Assembly (NCBI GenBank): GCA_001774685.1
Contig: MFAS01000001.1
Location: forward strand, 607,557 to 671,556
Length of the DNA stretch: 64,000 bases
Direction: 5' to 3'
Source: Candidatus Collierbacteria bacterium RIFOXYD2_FULL_45_13
GTDB lineage: Bacteria > Patescibacteriota > Microgenomatia > UBA1400 > MFAQ01
Shown here: in pieces, positions 49,982-58,848 of the stretch
How positions within the stretch are numbered: position 1 is the stretch's first letter
Layout of the letters: each line of letters begins with the position of its first letter
The notes under the pieces: model-generated
What the model saw: only the letters and a program-made list of their open reading frames with translations
What the model was told of the DNA's origin: nothing
Database searches by the model: none
Translations under genes and position numbers: made by a program

Positions 49982-51043
49982 ATGAACCTCTCAGGCTTTC
50001 ATTTTGATCTCCCCGAAGAGTTGATTGGTCAGCAAGCCATTGAGCCTCGGGACTCATGCAAACTTTTGGTCGTAAATAGAAAAGATCAAGGAATTTCTCA
50101 CCATATTTTCCGAGACCTCACCGAACTCTTGGACGATAAATGTGTTTTGGTTCTGAACGATACCAAAGTCTTTCCGGCCAGACTCTTTGGAAAAAAAGAA
50201 AGCGGGGGAAAGGTGGAAGTACTTCTTCTGAAGCAGACTTCGTTGGACACTTATGAATGTATCGTCCGTGGGAAGATCCAAGTTGGTCAAAACCTGATCT
50301 TTGACTCAAACCTCATCGGATCCGTTCTCACTAAAAACAAAGAAGGGGAAATCAGCCTTAAGTTTAATTTTTCCGGCCCGGATTTGATTGTCAAAATAGA
50401 CGAGCTTGGGAAAACGCCACTTCCTCCATATATCCATTCAGGTTCCAAAGAAGAAGTTCTTAGAAAGAAATACCAAACTATCTATGCGAAAGAAAGGGGG
50501 AGTGCTGCCGCCCCCACAGCCGGTCTCCATTTCACCCCTGAACTTCTGCATCGTTTGCGAGAAAGGGGAGTGCAAACTGTAAAACTCACTCTCCATGTCG
50601 GTCTTGGTACTTTCAAGCCGGTGTCGGAGGAGCAGGTAGCAAATAAGACGCTTCACTCCGAATCGTTTACGCTTTTACCGGACGTGGCTGACCAATTAAA
50701 TATAGCCAAGAAATCGGGTAAAAAGATTATCGCTGTCGGGACAACATCCTGTCGGGTGCTGGAAACACTCTCCGACGAGTCGGGAAATCTTTCAGGCGGA
50801 GCAGGGGAGACCAAAATCTTCATCCAGCCCGGATACCGGTATAAATTCGTCGACGGGCTCATTACCAACTTTCATCTGCCTCACACTAGCCTATTAATGC
50901 TCGTTAGTGCCCTGGTTAGTTTTCCGAACTCCCCTGTCCGTTTCTCCAGTTTTCACGACTCTCTCGTGGGCAAGGCGTATGAAGAAGCTATCAGAAGAAA
51001 ATACAAATTCTTCAGCTTCGGCGATGCCATGCTGATCAAATAA
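49982..51043 (+). CDS. queA: S-adenosylmethionine:tRNA ribosyltransferase-isomerase
   Basis: F.FDLPEELI.Q, NDTKVFPAR, PLPPYI, AAPTAGLHF, TNFHLP and FFSFGDAM. Confidence 0.97.
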   Translation: MNLSGFHFDLPEELIGQQAIEPRDSCKLLVVNRKDQGISHHIFRDLTELLDDKCVLVLNDTKVFPARLFGKKESGGKVEVLLLKQTSLDTYECIVRGKIQVGQNLIFDSNLIGSVLTKNKEGEISLKFNFSGPDLIVKIDELGKTPLPPYIHSGSKEEVLRKKYQTIYAKERGSAAAPTAGLHFTPELLHRLRERGVQTVKLTLHVGLGTFKPVSEEQVANKTLHSESFTLLPDVADQLNIAKKSGKKIIAVGTTSCRVLETLSDESGNLSGGAGETKIFIQPGYRYKFVDGLITNFHLPHTSLLMLVSALVSFPNSPVRFSSFHDSLVGKAYEEAIRRKYKFFSFGDAMLIK

Positions 51044-51065
51044 AGCAAATGCTATCATAATATTT

Positions 51066-51440
51066 ATGAAATTAAACGAAATAGCAGCTCTGATACTAAA
51101 ACAGGCTGAAGAAAAAGGTTGGAGTCACACGAAAGAACTTTTAAGTGTCGCAGAAAAAACAATGCTCATGGCTACCGAGATTTCGGAACTGCGGGAAGCA
51201 ACCTTAACCGAGGACTATCTATATTTTTACGGACTGGTAACTAATGCTTACGATTATTACCGCCACAAGGATATTGAAAATTTCCTTAGGTCATTAAAAA
51301 TAATTGCTTTGGAAATTCGGCTTCTAGCCCAAAACCTAAAATTGAATCTAGATTCAGCCTGTTTAAACAAGATCGAAATTAACCAAACCCGAGTGTGGAA
51401 TAAAAATCAGTTAAACGGTAATTACTACAAAACTTCCTGA
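51066..51440 (+). CDS. MazG-like all-helical pyrophosphohydrolase (atypical)
   Basis: KGW, L..TEISEL.EA and K.EIN..R.W; the second acidic motif looks degenerate. Confidence 0.5.
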   Translation: MKLNEIAALILKQAEEKGWSHTKELLSVAEKTMLMATEISELREATLTEDYLYFYGLVTNAYDYYRHKDIENFLRSLKIIALEIRLLAQNLKLNLDSACLNKIEINQTRVWNKNQLNGNYYKTS

Positions 51441-52438
51441 TCGCCGGACCGCTTAACTGTATTTTCAAAATATTGTGTTAAAGGCTCGACAATGCTCTGG
51501 CGACAGGTTTGCAGGGACAACTCTTCGGTTTTCAAAGTAACCAATTTCCAATCAAAGTTGTGGGAGCCAAAAATGGCGACGTTGTCAGCGATTATTAACT
51601 TCGCATGGGTTCTGCCATACCTGGGAGAATAACTTTCATAAGTGGCACGAGTATCCTTGTTGGAAGAAAATGTTTTGACCTTTACACCTCTGGACACGGC
51701 CCGAAGTAACGCTGTTCTCACACGTCCACAAGCAGCGCGGCTACTCATAAAATTCACACTCTCGATCGAGCTGTTTATCAAGCCAATGGCTCTATCCATG
51801 ACTACTGAATGTCCGCTTCCCACATCCATCAGCAACTCTGTATCCGGTGCACACACGATAACCCTATTGGATTTGTCTGCGGTATTCGCTTCGAAGATCG
51901 AAGTAATCTGCTCAACGATATCATTGTCCGTGATCTTTACCATAAAGTCCTCACGTTCAAAGACTGACTGAGATAAATTTAATCCACCAAGGTAACAGCA
52001 GTCGTCAACGACAAATATCTTTTTGTGATTTCTGCCGTAAGCGAAAGAGAGATCGCCCAACATGCCTGGCCGATTGGTTATCTCAATAGCAACACCGGCA
52101 TTTTGCAGATCCTTTAGCATCTCTCTGTTTCCTTTTACCATGAACTCTCTTCTACCTCCATCTGTTTTTGCCCAACTACACAAAAGATTAGGAACGTCAT
52201 TTGTCACCATACTGGCGAAACAGTCAACTTTAACCATAACAAAGACACCTCTACTACAAGCCTCTTTGAACGCATTTGCGATTAAGAGGTCAACGTGATC
52301 TGCTTCAAAAGTCATCGCTTGTGCTAGCACACACCTCTTTGCTTGCTTTGCGGACAAGGTGAAATCGATCAGAAACTCCCTAGGCGAAAGCACTTGTACT
52401 CTCTGATCAAAAAAGGGTTCCTTTTCTATTTCATTCAT
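51425..52438 (-). CDS. Phospholipase D superfamily protein (cardiolipin synthase-like)
   Basis: Two HKD motifs: RNHKKIFVVD..GGLN and HAKLIIAD..GSHN. Confidence 0.88.
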   Translation of the reverse strand: MNEIEKEPFFDQRVQVLSPREFLIDFTLSAKQAKRCVLAQAMTFEADHVDLLIANAFKEACSRGVFVMVKVDCFASMVTNDVPNLLCSWAKTDGGRREFMVKGNREMLKDLQNAGVAIEITNRPGMLGDLSFAYGRNHKKIFVVDDCCYLGGLNLSQSVFEREDFMVKITDNDIVEQITSIFEANTADKSNRVIVCAPDTELLMDVGSGHSVVMDRAIGLINSSIESVNFMSSRAACGRVRTALLRAVSRGVKVKTFSSNKDTRATYESYSPRYGRTHAKLIIADNVAIFGSHNFDWKLVTLKTEELSLQTCRQSIVEPLTQYFENTVKRSGDQEVL

Positions 52439-53570
52439 TATTTATCAGGCTCATCTTATTTCTCATTTCTTCAACCAAGCGGACCATAAACCGGACGTTA
52501 TGAATCGAGGCTAGCCGATAATAGGTAAGTTCCTTGGATTTATAGAGATGATTAAGATATCCACGCGTGTACCCGGATTGACAGGTAAAGCAATCACAGC
52601 CCTCCATGATCACCGATTTATCATTGATGAACTGTGTGTTGCTGATATTTAACCTTCCATTGGAAAAATCGCTTTCAAAATTGTCACCCCGTAGCTCACC
52701 GTAATAAAGTGCCCCATTTCTCGCCAGTCTCGTGGGTGCTACGCAATCAAACATATCAACGCCGCACTTGATGATGTCTACAATATTTTGCGGATCGCGT
52801 CCCAAACCCATGGTGTATATCGGCTTACCTTTTGGTAATAAGTGCTTGATCCAACCGACTACTTCTTGGGTCGCTTCCATGTTGTAGCCTATGGTCTCTC
52901 CGCCCAAAGCTATGCCACTAAAGGGCATTGAGGAAATAAACTTTGCCGCCTCCTCTCTCATTTCTCTATCCGTACTCCCTTGAATAATGCCAAACAATGC
53001 CTGGTCAGCCCCTTGCGCACTCTTTCTACCATTTTCCTCCCATCTTCTGACGCATCTTTCTGCCCAGCGGTGTGTCCTGTTGAGAGCTTCTCTGACATAT
53101 TTTCTTTCAATTTTGTCAGGGGTACATTCATCGAAGGCCATAATAATATCGGCACCTAAATCCCTTTGAATATCCATTGATCTTTCAGGGGTAAACCTAT
53201 GCATTTGACCGTCTAGGTGGGATTTAAAAGTTACCCCATCATCATCAATTTTCGAAAGAGATTCACCTTTAGCCCCAAGACCAAGTGAAAAAACCTGGAA
53301 ACCGCCGCTATCGGTTAGCATTGGTCCATTCCAATTCATGAACTTCTGGACTCCACCCATCTCAGACACAGTCTTTTCTCCTGGTCGTAAAAATAGATGG
53401 TAAGTATTGGCAAGCACAATCTCGGCTTTTGTGCCATGAATATCCTGCCCATCCAGAGCTTTTACGGTAGCAGCCGTTCCCACCGGCATAAAAACCGGCG
53501 TCTGCACCTCACCGTGATCGGTAGTCATTTTTCCTGTTCCGTCGGTATTTTTTGTGAACTTGAATGCCAT
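52431..53570 (-). CDS. tgt: tRNA-guanine transglycosylase
   Basis: TPVFMPVGT, NTYHL, TDSGGFQVFSL, DMFDCV.PTR.AR and Zn site CDCFTC..HN. Confidence 0.97.
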   Translation of the reverse strand: MAFKFTKNTDGTGKMTTDHGEVQTPVFMPVGTAATVKALDGQDIHGTKAEIVLANTYHLFLRPGEKTVSEMGGVQKFMNWNGPMLTDSGGFQVFSLGLGAKGESLSKIDDDGVTFKSHLDGQMHRFTPERSMDIQRDLGADIIMAFDECTPDKIERKYVREALNRTHRWAERCVRRWEENGRKSAQGADQALFGIIQGSTDREMREEAAKFISSMPFSGIALGGETIGYNMEATQEVVGWIKHLLPKGKPIYTMGLGRDPQNIVDIIKCGVDMFDCVAPTRLARNGALYYGELRGDNFESDFSNGRLNISNTQFINDKSVIMEGCDCFTCQSGYTRGYLNHLYKSKELTYYRLASIHNVRFMVRLVEEMRNKMSLINNE

Positions 53571-53581
53571 AAATGTTTTAT

Positions 53582-53717
53582 GTTGGACTCGAAGTCTTCG
53601 GTCTCGTCTGCTGACTCGCCTCTGACCGCGCCTCAGCGCCAGTCGCGCTTCCGGCAGGCTCGATTCCCACAGAATTATCAAATTAGATTTTGTTCCGCAA
53701 GGGAACAATATCTAATT
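53582..53717 (-). repeat. tRNA-Thr-linked structured unit (terminator hairpin plus T-arm-bounded core)
   Basis: Hairpin 53681-53717, then gtgggaatcgagcc...gccggaagc...gaggcga...gaccgaagac-ttcgagtccaac. Confidence 0.6.
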
Positions 53718-53719
53718 AG

Positions 53720-53792
53720 AGCCAAGGGTGGGACTCGAACCCACTACCTGCGGTTTACGATACCGCCGCTCTACCTGCTGAGCTACCTTGGC
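53720..53792 (-). tRNA. tRNA-Thr(CGT)
   Basis: Acceptor gccaagg/ccttggc; anticodon arm gcggt-atCGTaa-accgc; T-arm gtggg-ttcgagt-cccac. Confidence 0.94.
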
Positions 53793-53871
53793 TACACAGC
53801 TATTTTACCCGAAATACAGCCAGATATTGAAGAATGCTAAAATATCCCATACTTTGACAACCGGAGGAAAT

Positions 53872-54159
53872 ATGGCTATCAGACCGCTTGAGATTATTGT
53901 CAATTTGACTCGGGATCAGTTTGTCTATATTGTGCTTCTGAATGGCAACCTAGATGTGAAATCATCCGAAGGTGACGAGATGGTCATTGGAGGAGCACAA
54001 GACCATCGTAAATATGGTCCAGCAGGCACCGAAGATGGTTCGTATCATTTCTTCAGAACTTACATTACCTATCAGGGACATGACCTGTTTGCACGAGCCA
54101 ACTTCGCCTCTCACGATGACGGCAAAACCTATCGGGGGATCTTGTTCGTCAATATGTAA
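53872..54159 (+). CDS. Hypothetical small protein, paralog 1
   Basis: SD GGAGG; similar to the downstream ORF. Confidence 0.65.
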   Translation: MAIRPLEIIVNLTRDQFVYIVLLNGNLDVKSSEGDEMVIGGAQDHRKYGPAGTEDGSYHFFRTYITYQGHDLFARANFASHDDGKTYRGILFVNM

Positions 54160-54188
54160 TCTGACCAGTAATTACAAAAGGAGAAGCA

Positions 54189-54487
54189 ATGGATTCCAAA
54201 CATTATCTTTAATTGTTTCCCTCACCCGTGAGGAGCTGATTGGTTTGATCATTGACAACAAACCGGTGGTAACCAAGACAGAAGACAAGCCAATTACCTT
54301 GTCAGGTTCTGGAACGTATACAAATGAACCTGATTATAAGAATGGCGGAGTCACCCACATTTTTTTCACCAACATCGACTATCAAGGTGAGTATCTGTGG
54401 GCCAAGGCAAATCTACTTTCCTACGATGGACAAACGTTCGTCGGAAACATTATCTGCGAACGTTATCCAGACAGTATCTCCGAGTAA
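54189..54487 (+). pseudogene. Paralog 2, frameshifted just after its start codon
   Basis: SD AGGAG plus ATG 54189 is out of frame by one base with the homologous reading frame (FQTLSLIVSLTREE...). Confidence 0.55.
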
Positions 54488-54501
54488 GACTGAATCTCGC
54501 T

Positions 54502-54533
54502 TGGCGTGTCCACTTTGGGCACGCTATTTTTTT
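54502..54533 (+). terminator. Intrinsic terminator
   Basis: tggcgtgtcc-acttt-gggcacgcta plus T tract. Confidence 0.75.
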
Positions 54534-54537
54534 GGAT

Positions 54538-55200
54538 TTATTTTTCCAAAGCCGGGATGGTGATCTTTACCCCTGAGTAGATAAGGTCCGGGTTGGCAAA
54601 GATCTTTTTATTGGCCCAATATATTTTGGTCCATTTGAATCCATCGCCGTATGCACGAACAGCCAGCTTCCAGTAAGAGTCTCCCTTTTGGGTGGTGTAT
54701 TCGCCTACTTCAATTGGTTTATTAGAAACTTTTACATCCGATTTGACGACATCGCCCTTATCGGAGATAGCAATATCCTTTTTGATTTCAATGATCGTAA
54801 TCTTCTTTGGTTCAACTTTGGGTATTCTCAGCTCCATACCGGGTGTAATGACTCCTTTGCCCGTGATCTTGTTTTCTTTCATCACATCGACGTAGTTATA
54901 TCCAGACTTGTAGTATTTTTCTGAGATGTGCCAAAGATCGTCCCCCTTAACCACCTTATAGGTAGCAATCAACTTATCGCTAGCTGTCTCATCCTTCTTA
55001 TCTGTCGTTGCTGGTTGTTGCTCATTTAATAGGATTCCCTGCCAGGTTTTCAGGTTTGCCGTCCTAAAATAGTTAAAAATTAGACCAGCAATGACCACAA
55101 TCACCACCGCGCCCATAAGCGTACTGATGGTATTCTCATTCATTTTGAAGAATTTTAGGATATTTTTAATACGTTTTTCCGTACTCTGTCCTTTTTTCAT
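54538..55200 (-). CDS. Membrane-anchored double-LysM protein
   Basis: TM; YKVVKGDDLWHISEKYY and YTTQKGDSYWKLA..AYGDG..W..IY.AN....NPDLI..G. Confidence 0.92.
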   Translation of the reverse strand: MKKGQSTEKRIKNILKFFKMNENTISTLMGAVVIVVIAGLIFNYFRTANLKTWQGILLNEQQPATTDKKDETASDKLIATYKVVKGDDLWHISEKYYKSGYNYVDVMKENKITGKGVITPGMELRIPKVEPKKITIIEIKKDIAISDKGDVVKSDVKVSNKPIEVGEYTTQKGDSYWKLAVRAYGDGFKWTKIYWANKKIFANPDLIYSGVKITIPALEK

Positions 55201-55430
55201 ACCTCAATCTTATATAAAGACTTATGAATGTCAAGTGGTAGTTGAGTTAACTACTTCCACCGATTGGAGCTGTACATTTACTCTCGATTTTTGGAGGTAT
55301 TTACGCTTCTATTTACTAGCGAGTACCAAACACGATATATTTAACTGTGGTCACCTATCCGGATCTTCATGAGAGTTCAGATCCAACCTCAGGGATCTAT
55401 GCATAAAATTATTAAACACAAACAATAAAT

Positions 55431-55834
55431 ATGTTCGAAGAACTAGATCAAGTAACGGCAGAAACCAACAAAGAGTCGGAGGTTCTTTTTAAAGAAGAGG
55501 TTACCCTGCCAACCCCGATGACGTACAAACAAATTGAGGCCGCACTTCACCGGTCCGCCCCTGAACATTTCATTTGGCGTCGCCCGAAGATGATGGTGGT
55601 GCAGTGATTGGTTCGCAGATTCCATTCGCCAATTACGGTGCTGAATTTTTAGTGAACGAAAAGGGTGAGCGTCTCATGGAGGACGGAAGCTACGCCAAAA
55701 TATTCGTCAGAAGCAACGAAGGTTTTGGTGGGATAATTCACGCCATAAACGACGGTCCTGACCATAATCAAGAAGTGATTGAATACTGTAGAAAGACAGT
55801 TCAGGACTTTCTCGCATCGTGTCAAAATTCCTGA
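55431..55834 (+). pseudogene. Probable frameshifted hypothetical gene
   Basis: ORF MFEELDQ... from 55431 overlaps the -1 frame ORF 55574-55834 at cattt/cattt. Confidence 0.4.
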
Positions 55835-56020
55835 GGCAGGTTCCCGCTCCAGAATTCATCTAAACCCCAGAAATATCAACTCTATAGGATTATTACATGC
55901 CTGAGAAATCTTTGTATGGCAAAAAGATATGGGCGCGAATATACCCTATAGGTGAAAAAATACCAGTTTTGTGGTATCATCACCCTGTTTCCAAAATCGC
56001 ACGATAACAAGGAGAGTCAC

Positions 56021-56386
56021 GTGATCATTTTGAATACGGTCTACCCGTGTAAACACTGTAAGCAAGAAGTCGATTCCAACTTCAAGCACTGCCCCGAATG
56101 TGGAGAAGCGCAGGATCATTCCGGCGAAGAACACTTCAATATCTTCAAGAGTTTCCGAGGCGGCGGAGTCTACAACATGACCTATGGCGCCACCATCCTA
56201 ACTTGGGAAGACATCGTAGAGCTTGCGAAAGAGCAGGCTGGTACTGGGTACTTCATTGGCTCGTTCATTCCTGCAAAACAGGGACAAGAGCACCATATCC
56301 AAATCGTCAAGTGGATTCCCGTAGTCAACGGTGAACCTGGACTCGATCAGGGCGCGCAAAACATCGAGATCACCAATCTCGAATAA
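56021..56386 (+). CDS. Zinc-ribbon protein
   Basis: SD AAGGAG before GTG; CKHC...CPECG. Confidence 0.7.
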   Translation: MIILNTVYPCKHCKQEVDSNFKHCPECGEAQDHSGEEHFNIFKSFRGGGVYNMTYGATILTWEDIVELAKEQAGTGYFIGSFIPAKQGQEHHIQIVKWIPVVNGEPGLDQGAQNIEITNLE

Positions 56387-56399
56387 GCACCCCCAACCA

Positions 56400-56742
56400 C
56401 AAAGAGGAAATCTCCTTGTGTGAGGGGGATTTTCTTTGGTAAAAACTTGCGAGGCTGGTGGGAAAGATCCGTCTTCGGTCGAACTACATTCGCCTCAATA
56501 ACGGCCTCGCCAGCCTCGTTATGAAACTGCTTCCGACTGTTCAAATCCCATATTTGGCAAATAAAAAACTCCACATAAAGGAGAGCTTTTCACTTGCGAG
56601 GCTGACGGGATTCCCCTCAGTAACCCCGCCTCGGCGGAATTCTTCGGGACCTGTCTCGCCAAAACCGTTACGGGTTTGGCTCCGACATTCGAATCCCATA
56701 TTTGGCCATAAAAAAATCCCTCCACAAGGGAAGGATTTTTCA
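56400..56742 (-). repeat. Tandem tRNA-Asp-linked units (~148 bp period)
   Basis: tRNA 3' end (cccrYcagcctcgca) recurs at 56743, 56594 and 56447, each followed by a terminator-like hairpin; both units carry gccaaatatgggattYgaa. Confidence 0.8.
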
Positions 56743-56784
56743 TGGCGAGGCTGACGGGATTCGAACCCGTGACCTTCTCCGTGA
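56743..56784 (-). repeat. Distal att site: 3' half of tRNA-Asp
   Basis: tcacggagaaggtcacgggttcgaatcccgtcagcctcgcca matches 62518-62556 with 3 substitutions in the T-stem. Confidence 0.9.
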
Positions 56785-56901
56785 AGTGGCGATGACAACC
56801 ATCAATACATGACTAAGTTCAGTATAGACTAAATTTCTAAGAAATAGAGAACCTGCAAGAGCAATCTAGCCTCAAATCAGCCCTCTAAATAGACCTATAA
56901 C

Positions 56902-56930
56902 TTGACATTTACCCTATATCATGGTATAAT
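56902..56930 (+). promoter_or_regulatory. Consensus sigma70 promoter with extended -10
   Basis: TTGACA-N17-TATAAT with TG. Confidence 0.85.
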
Positions 56931-57005
56931 TACGCTCATAAGTTGGGAATGTCCTAACTATTCTTTAAAACAAAAATCCATTCTAAACAACCAACGGAGG
57001 TAGTA

Positions 57006-57827
57006 ATGAATTCGCTTGTTCCAGTTAGTGACCCTGATGTCAAATTTGATTTTTCAGATGTTGACTTCGACAAGTCCTTTCCCTCAAAGTCCACTGTCAT
57101 TTTGAGCACTATGTGTGCAAATGTGGCTGTAATGGGCGTGCCAGGACTCAACGCTGTTCGTGTTGTCGCTCGCGGTAACCACTCCACTGAACTCGATATT
57201 CAAACCAGTGGTTCAGAAATGAAGATTTCTGCACCTTTGGACTATGGTCAATCCATGAATACGGGCGGGAATGTTTTCATTTCTGGCTCTGGCATTAATA
57301 CCATCAATGGCGTGCTCTATATGAACGGACGCGCGGTCGATACGAGCAACCCGATGATGATGCTCGTCATGGTTCCCGTCGGCACCTCAATTAAGGTTGG
57401 ACTCGTGCTCGGTGTGAAAGTGGTCATCCGTGGCGTACAAGGTGAACTCGAAGCCAAGCTTCAGGGTGTCACCAACGTTGAGGCAGATTACCTCACTAGC
57501 GCAGACATTCATGTCTCCGGCACGGGAAGCTTCAAATGCCAAACGATTGAAGGAGACAGCCTCACTGTCAAAATCAGTGGCATGGGCAATTCGACAGTCG
57601 AATCGGGCAAAGTCACTACGTTCCAGGCACAAGTTTCTGGTATGGGTGGCATATCCTTTGGTGGCGAAGCCGTCAACGCCGACCTGTCTGTCAGTGGCAT
57701 GGGTTCGATTAACCTCTTTGCCTGCACTGGACAGTTGAAGAAAAAGAAATCTGGAATGGGAAATATCAGCGTATTGAAGGACATGTCTGCCAAATCTGGC
57801 AAATCATCTGGATTCAGCGACTGGTAA
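57006..57827 (+). CDS. DUF2807/GIN-like beta-helical repeat protein
   Basis: Repeated V/I-S-G-M/T-G units about every 19-23 aa; SD GGAGG; no signal peptide. Confidence 0.75.
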   Translation: MNSLVPVSDPDVKFDFSDVDFDKSFPSKSTVILSTMCANVAVMGVPGLNAVRVVARGNHSTELDIQTSGSEMKISAPLDYGQSMNTGGNVFISGSGINTINGVLYMNGRAVDTSNPMMMLVMVPVGTSIKVGLVLGVKVVIRGVQGELEAKLQGVTNVEADYLTSADIHVSGTGSFKCQTIEGDSLTVKISGMGNSTVESGKVTTFQAQVSGMGGISFGGEAVNADLSVSGMGSINLFACTGQLKKKKSGMGNISVLKDMSAKSGKSSGFSDW

Positions 57828-57854
57828 GTAGTATCGCCTCTCAGCGAGAAAAGG

Positions 57855-57889
57855 AAAGTCTTCCTTCTCTCGAAGGGAGGCTTTTTTTT
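57855..57889 (+). terminator. Intrinsic terminator
   Basis: aaagtcttccttc-tctc-gaagggaggcttt plus T tract. Confidence 0.8.
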
Positions 57890-57899
57890 GCAAAAATTA

Positions 57900-58514
57900 T
57901 TAATTCTCAGTGAGATATATACCGTCTAGGGCGTTTTCTGTACAAAGCTTGTGCAACCAAACACGACCATCTTTTTCTTCTATTAACTCGTAATACTCAC
58001 GTCCACGAGTTGGACTGACAAAAGGGTCAATTTCCATAATTCGTTTCAAGGTTTTTCCTCTGAACCTACCAAAATCTTCTTTTGGGTTAAATATCAAGAG
58101 TCGGCTATTAATATCATATTTGGGACTAAGGTCTTCAACTATCTCAGAATTATTGATGGGCACCCTGTTTCCAGTTATCGAGTCGATGACTGCATAAGAT
58201 ATGCAACTTGTACCACAACCCCACGAGACAAATCTAAAGTGCCCAGCAAAGTTCGGCCCCTTAGCGACTTGTTCTGTGACTGTCATTTTGAACCCACTTA
58301 GCCATTCATCTTTAGAGAAAACGACCGCGGACGGTTTGTCGATATATGTGTTTACTGGATGTAGCCCTGTCGCCTTCACAACCTCATCGCAAACAGATTG
58401 AGATATTGATGTCTCTTGTTTTGCCACATCACCAATCCTTTCATTACCTATTGCAAAAAAAAGGCCAACAAGTATTAAAATTACTGCCGAAATAAGTATG
58501 CAAAATTTAGTCAT
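57900..58514 (-). CDS. Exported hypothetical protein (GPNFAGH..WGCGT.C family)
   Basis: N-terminal TM/signal; conserved-looking GPNFAGH...WGCGTSC...ID..TG motif. Confidence 0.7.
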   Translation of the reverse strand: MTKFCILISAVILILVGLFFAIGNERIGDVAKQETSISQSVCDEVVKATGLHPVNTYIDKPSAVVFSKDEWLSGFKMTVTEQVAKGPNFAGHFRFVSWGCGTSCISYAVIDSITGNRVPINNSEIVEDLSPKYDINSRLLIFNPKEDFGRFRGKTLKRIMEIDPFVSPTRGREYYELIEEKDGRVWLHKLCTENALDGIYLTEN

Positions 58515-58517
58515 TGT

Positions 58518-58739
58518 TTAGTAAGGCAAGTCATCAATCGCCTCCATAACCTGTTGATTTTGATAATCTTCATAACTCTGTGTGTATGGTCTCCTGTAAA
58601 GAATTAGGAAACAGATTGCAAAAATAACTCCTACAACTAGTACTGTGATTTTAATATTTTCGACAATTTCAAACTTTCTCCTAGATTTCTCAGCTTCGGC
58701 AACCCGAAAGGCATGCTCTTCCCACTGCTTTATATTCAT
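58518..58739 (-). CDS. Small single-TM hypothetical protein
   Basis: 73 aa with one hydrophobic helix; 3 nt from the next ORF. Confidence 0.5.
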   Translation of the reverse strand: MNIKQWEEHAFRVAEAEKSRRKFEIVENIKITVLVVGVIFAICFLILYRRPYTQSYEDYQNQQVMEAIDDLPY

Positions 58740-58848
58740 CTATCAAAATTCTATTTTGTATCTACAATTTTGTCAAACACAAAACTATGCCTAAATATAG
58801 CGTCTAACGCTCTGTATATGTGACTCGAAAGTCCATAAGGTTGAGAGG

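Noticed and set aside
53571-53708. 46 aa N-terminal extension of Tgt in the ORF track
   Set aside because: Read-through of the tRNA-linked repeat; Tgt homology begins at ATG 53570.
55235-55385. Hairpins in the LysM upstream gap (gtagtt/aactac, ggatct/agatcc)
   Set aside because: Isolated stems with no nested architecture or recognisable motif.
56400-56784. CRISPR array
   Set aside because: Only 2-3 units, a ~148 bp period, tRNA-derived repeats, and no cas1/cas2 or effector genes in the window.
56347-56798. Short ORFs across the tRNA-linked repeats
   Set aside because: Shadow ORFs over structured non-coding repeats, with no protein-like features.
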